Source: an uncultured archaeon (GTDB taxonomy: Archaea > Asgardarchaeota > Lokiarchaeia > Sigyniarchaeales > SOKP01). Taken from it: a stretch of 46,237 bases of DNA. The notes under the pieces were generated by a model. The model was not told where the DNA came from. It was given only the letters and a program-made list of their open reading frames with translations, and made no database searches. The stretch spans positions 1 through 46,237 of the forward strand of contig CAZDTP010000022.1 in NCBI GenBank assembly GCA_964508365.1. The letters run 5' to 3'. Position numbers and translations under genes: made by a program. Of the stretch, positions 45,678-46,237 are shown piece by piece. Within the stretch, counting starts at the first letter, position 1. Each line of letters begins with the position of its first letter.

Positions 45678-46237
45678 ATGCATATAAAAACTGAAAAATT
45701 ACTTACACTAATTGCAGAAAAAGCTCAATTATCGGAAGGAGTTGAGGGTATTAGATCAATACTCCTTACGATGTTTCGCTTTCCTTCATTAAAAAATAAA
45801 AAAGTTTCCCAAAAAACTGGAATCGCCATACCTGCCTTAGCTGCTGCTCGAGGAGAATTAGTAAAAGCGGGAATTATTGAAAAGAAAAATTTTCTTGGCG
45901 AAAATGGTAGAACTTGGATTCAAGAAAATTTGAACTTAAAGTTCGATTATGATCCTCTTCCAAAGAATTTTGACTTGTCTTTAACTCAAATTCCGGAAGA
46001 ATTTGCTTCTATTAATAAACTCGAAGAAATTTTAAGCAATCGTCCTGAACCAGATTTTGCTTTAGACCAATCACATGCTATTTCTTCTACAGTAGTAAAT
46101 CGTGCTCTTTATCTCTTAAAAAAAGGAGATCTTGAGGGAAGAAAAATAGTATTCCTTGGTGATGACGACGCTACTTCTTTAGCTGTTGGCTTATTAAACT
46201 TAGCTGAAGAAATAACAGTTATAGATATCGATCCTAA
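45678..46237 (+). CDS. bpsA: Branched-chain polyamine synthase (BpsA/DUF43-like) with an N-terminal wHTH-like extension; truncated by the window end
   Basis: ATG 45678, open to the end of the window. RP.P....DQ, RA.Y....GDLEGRKIVFLGDDD..S.A and V.DID match DUF43/BpsA. Not in the ORF track. Confidence 0.75.
   Translation, partial: MHIKTEKLLTLIAEKAQLSEGVEGIRSILLTMFRFPSLKNKKVSQKTGIAIPALAAARGELVKAGIIEKKNFLGENGRTWIQENLNLKFDYDPLPKNFDLSLTQIPEEFASINKLEEILSNRPEPDFALDQSHAISSTVVNRALYLLKKGDLEGRKIVFLGDDDATSLAVGLLNLAEEITVIDIDP

Overview
AT-rich, gene-dense archaeal DNA, most likely from an Asgard archaeon (Lokiarchaeia/Promethearchaeota). The assignment rests on a near-eukaryotic actin, a profilin-like domain, an SMC5/6-type SMC with kleisin and KITE, a small GTPase and archaeal ThyA. 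I saw no rRNA, tRNA, CRISPR array or transposase. Four modules stand out. (1) An arsR/acr3 arsenic locus continues into a SAM-methyltransferase fused to an HgcA-like corrinoid membrane protein, an HgcB-like ferredoxin and a Cys-rich thioredoxin-like protein; this is a candidate corrinoid-dependent metal(loid) methylation system. (2) An actin gene has a palindromic operator-like site at its promoter and is followed by a profilin-like domain fused to a TrmB-type winged-helix regulator; this is a candidate actin-sensing transcription factor. (3) An SMC5/6-like smc-kleisin-KITE operon is headed by a catalytically dead AAA+ protein. (4) A PadR-led operon holds an HNH/BtrH-peptidase fusion and a class II UvrA. 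The window also has a Liv-type ABC transporter with a HEAT protein and an acyl-CoA ligase, tandem dolichol/phytol kinase-like genes, a partial BpsA, and four decayed genes or fragments missed by the ORF track. All family calls come from motif recognition by eye; no database search was run.
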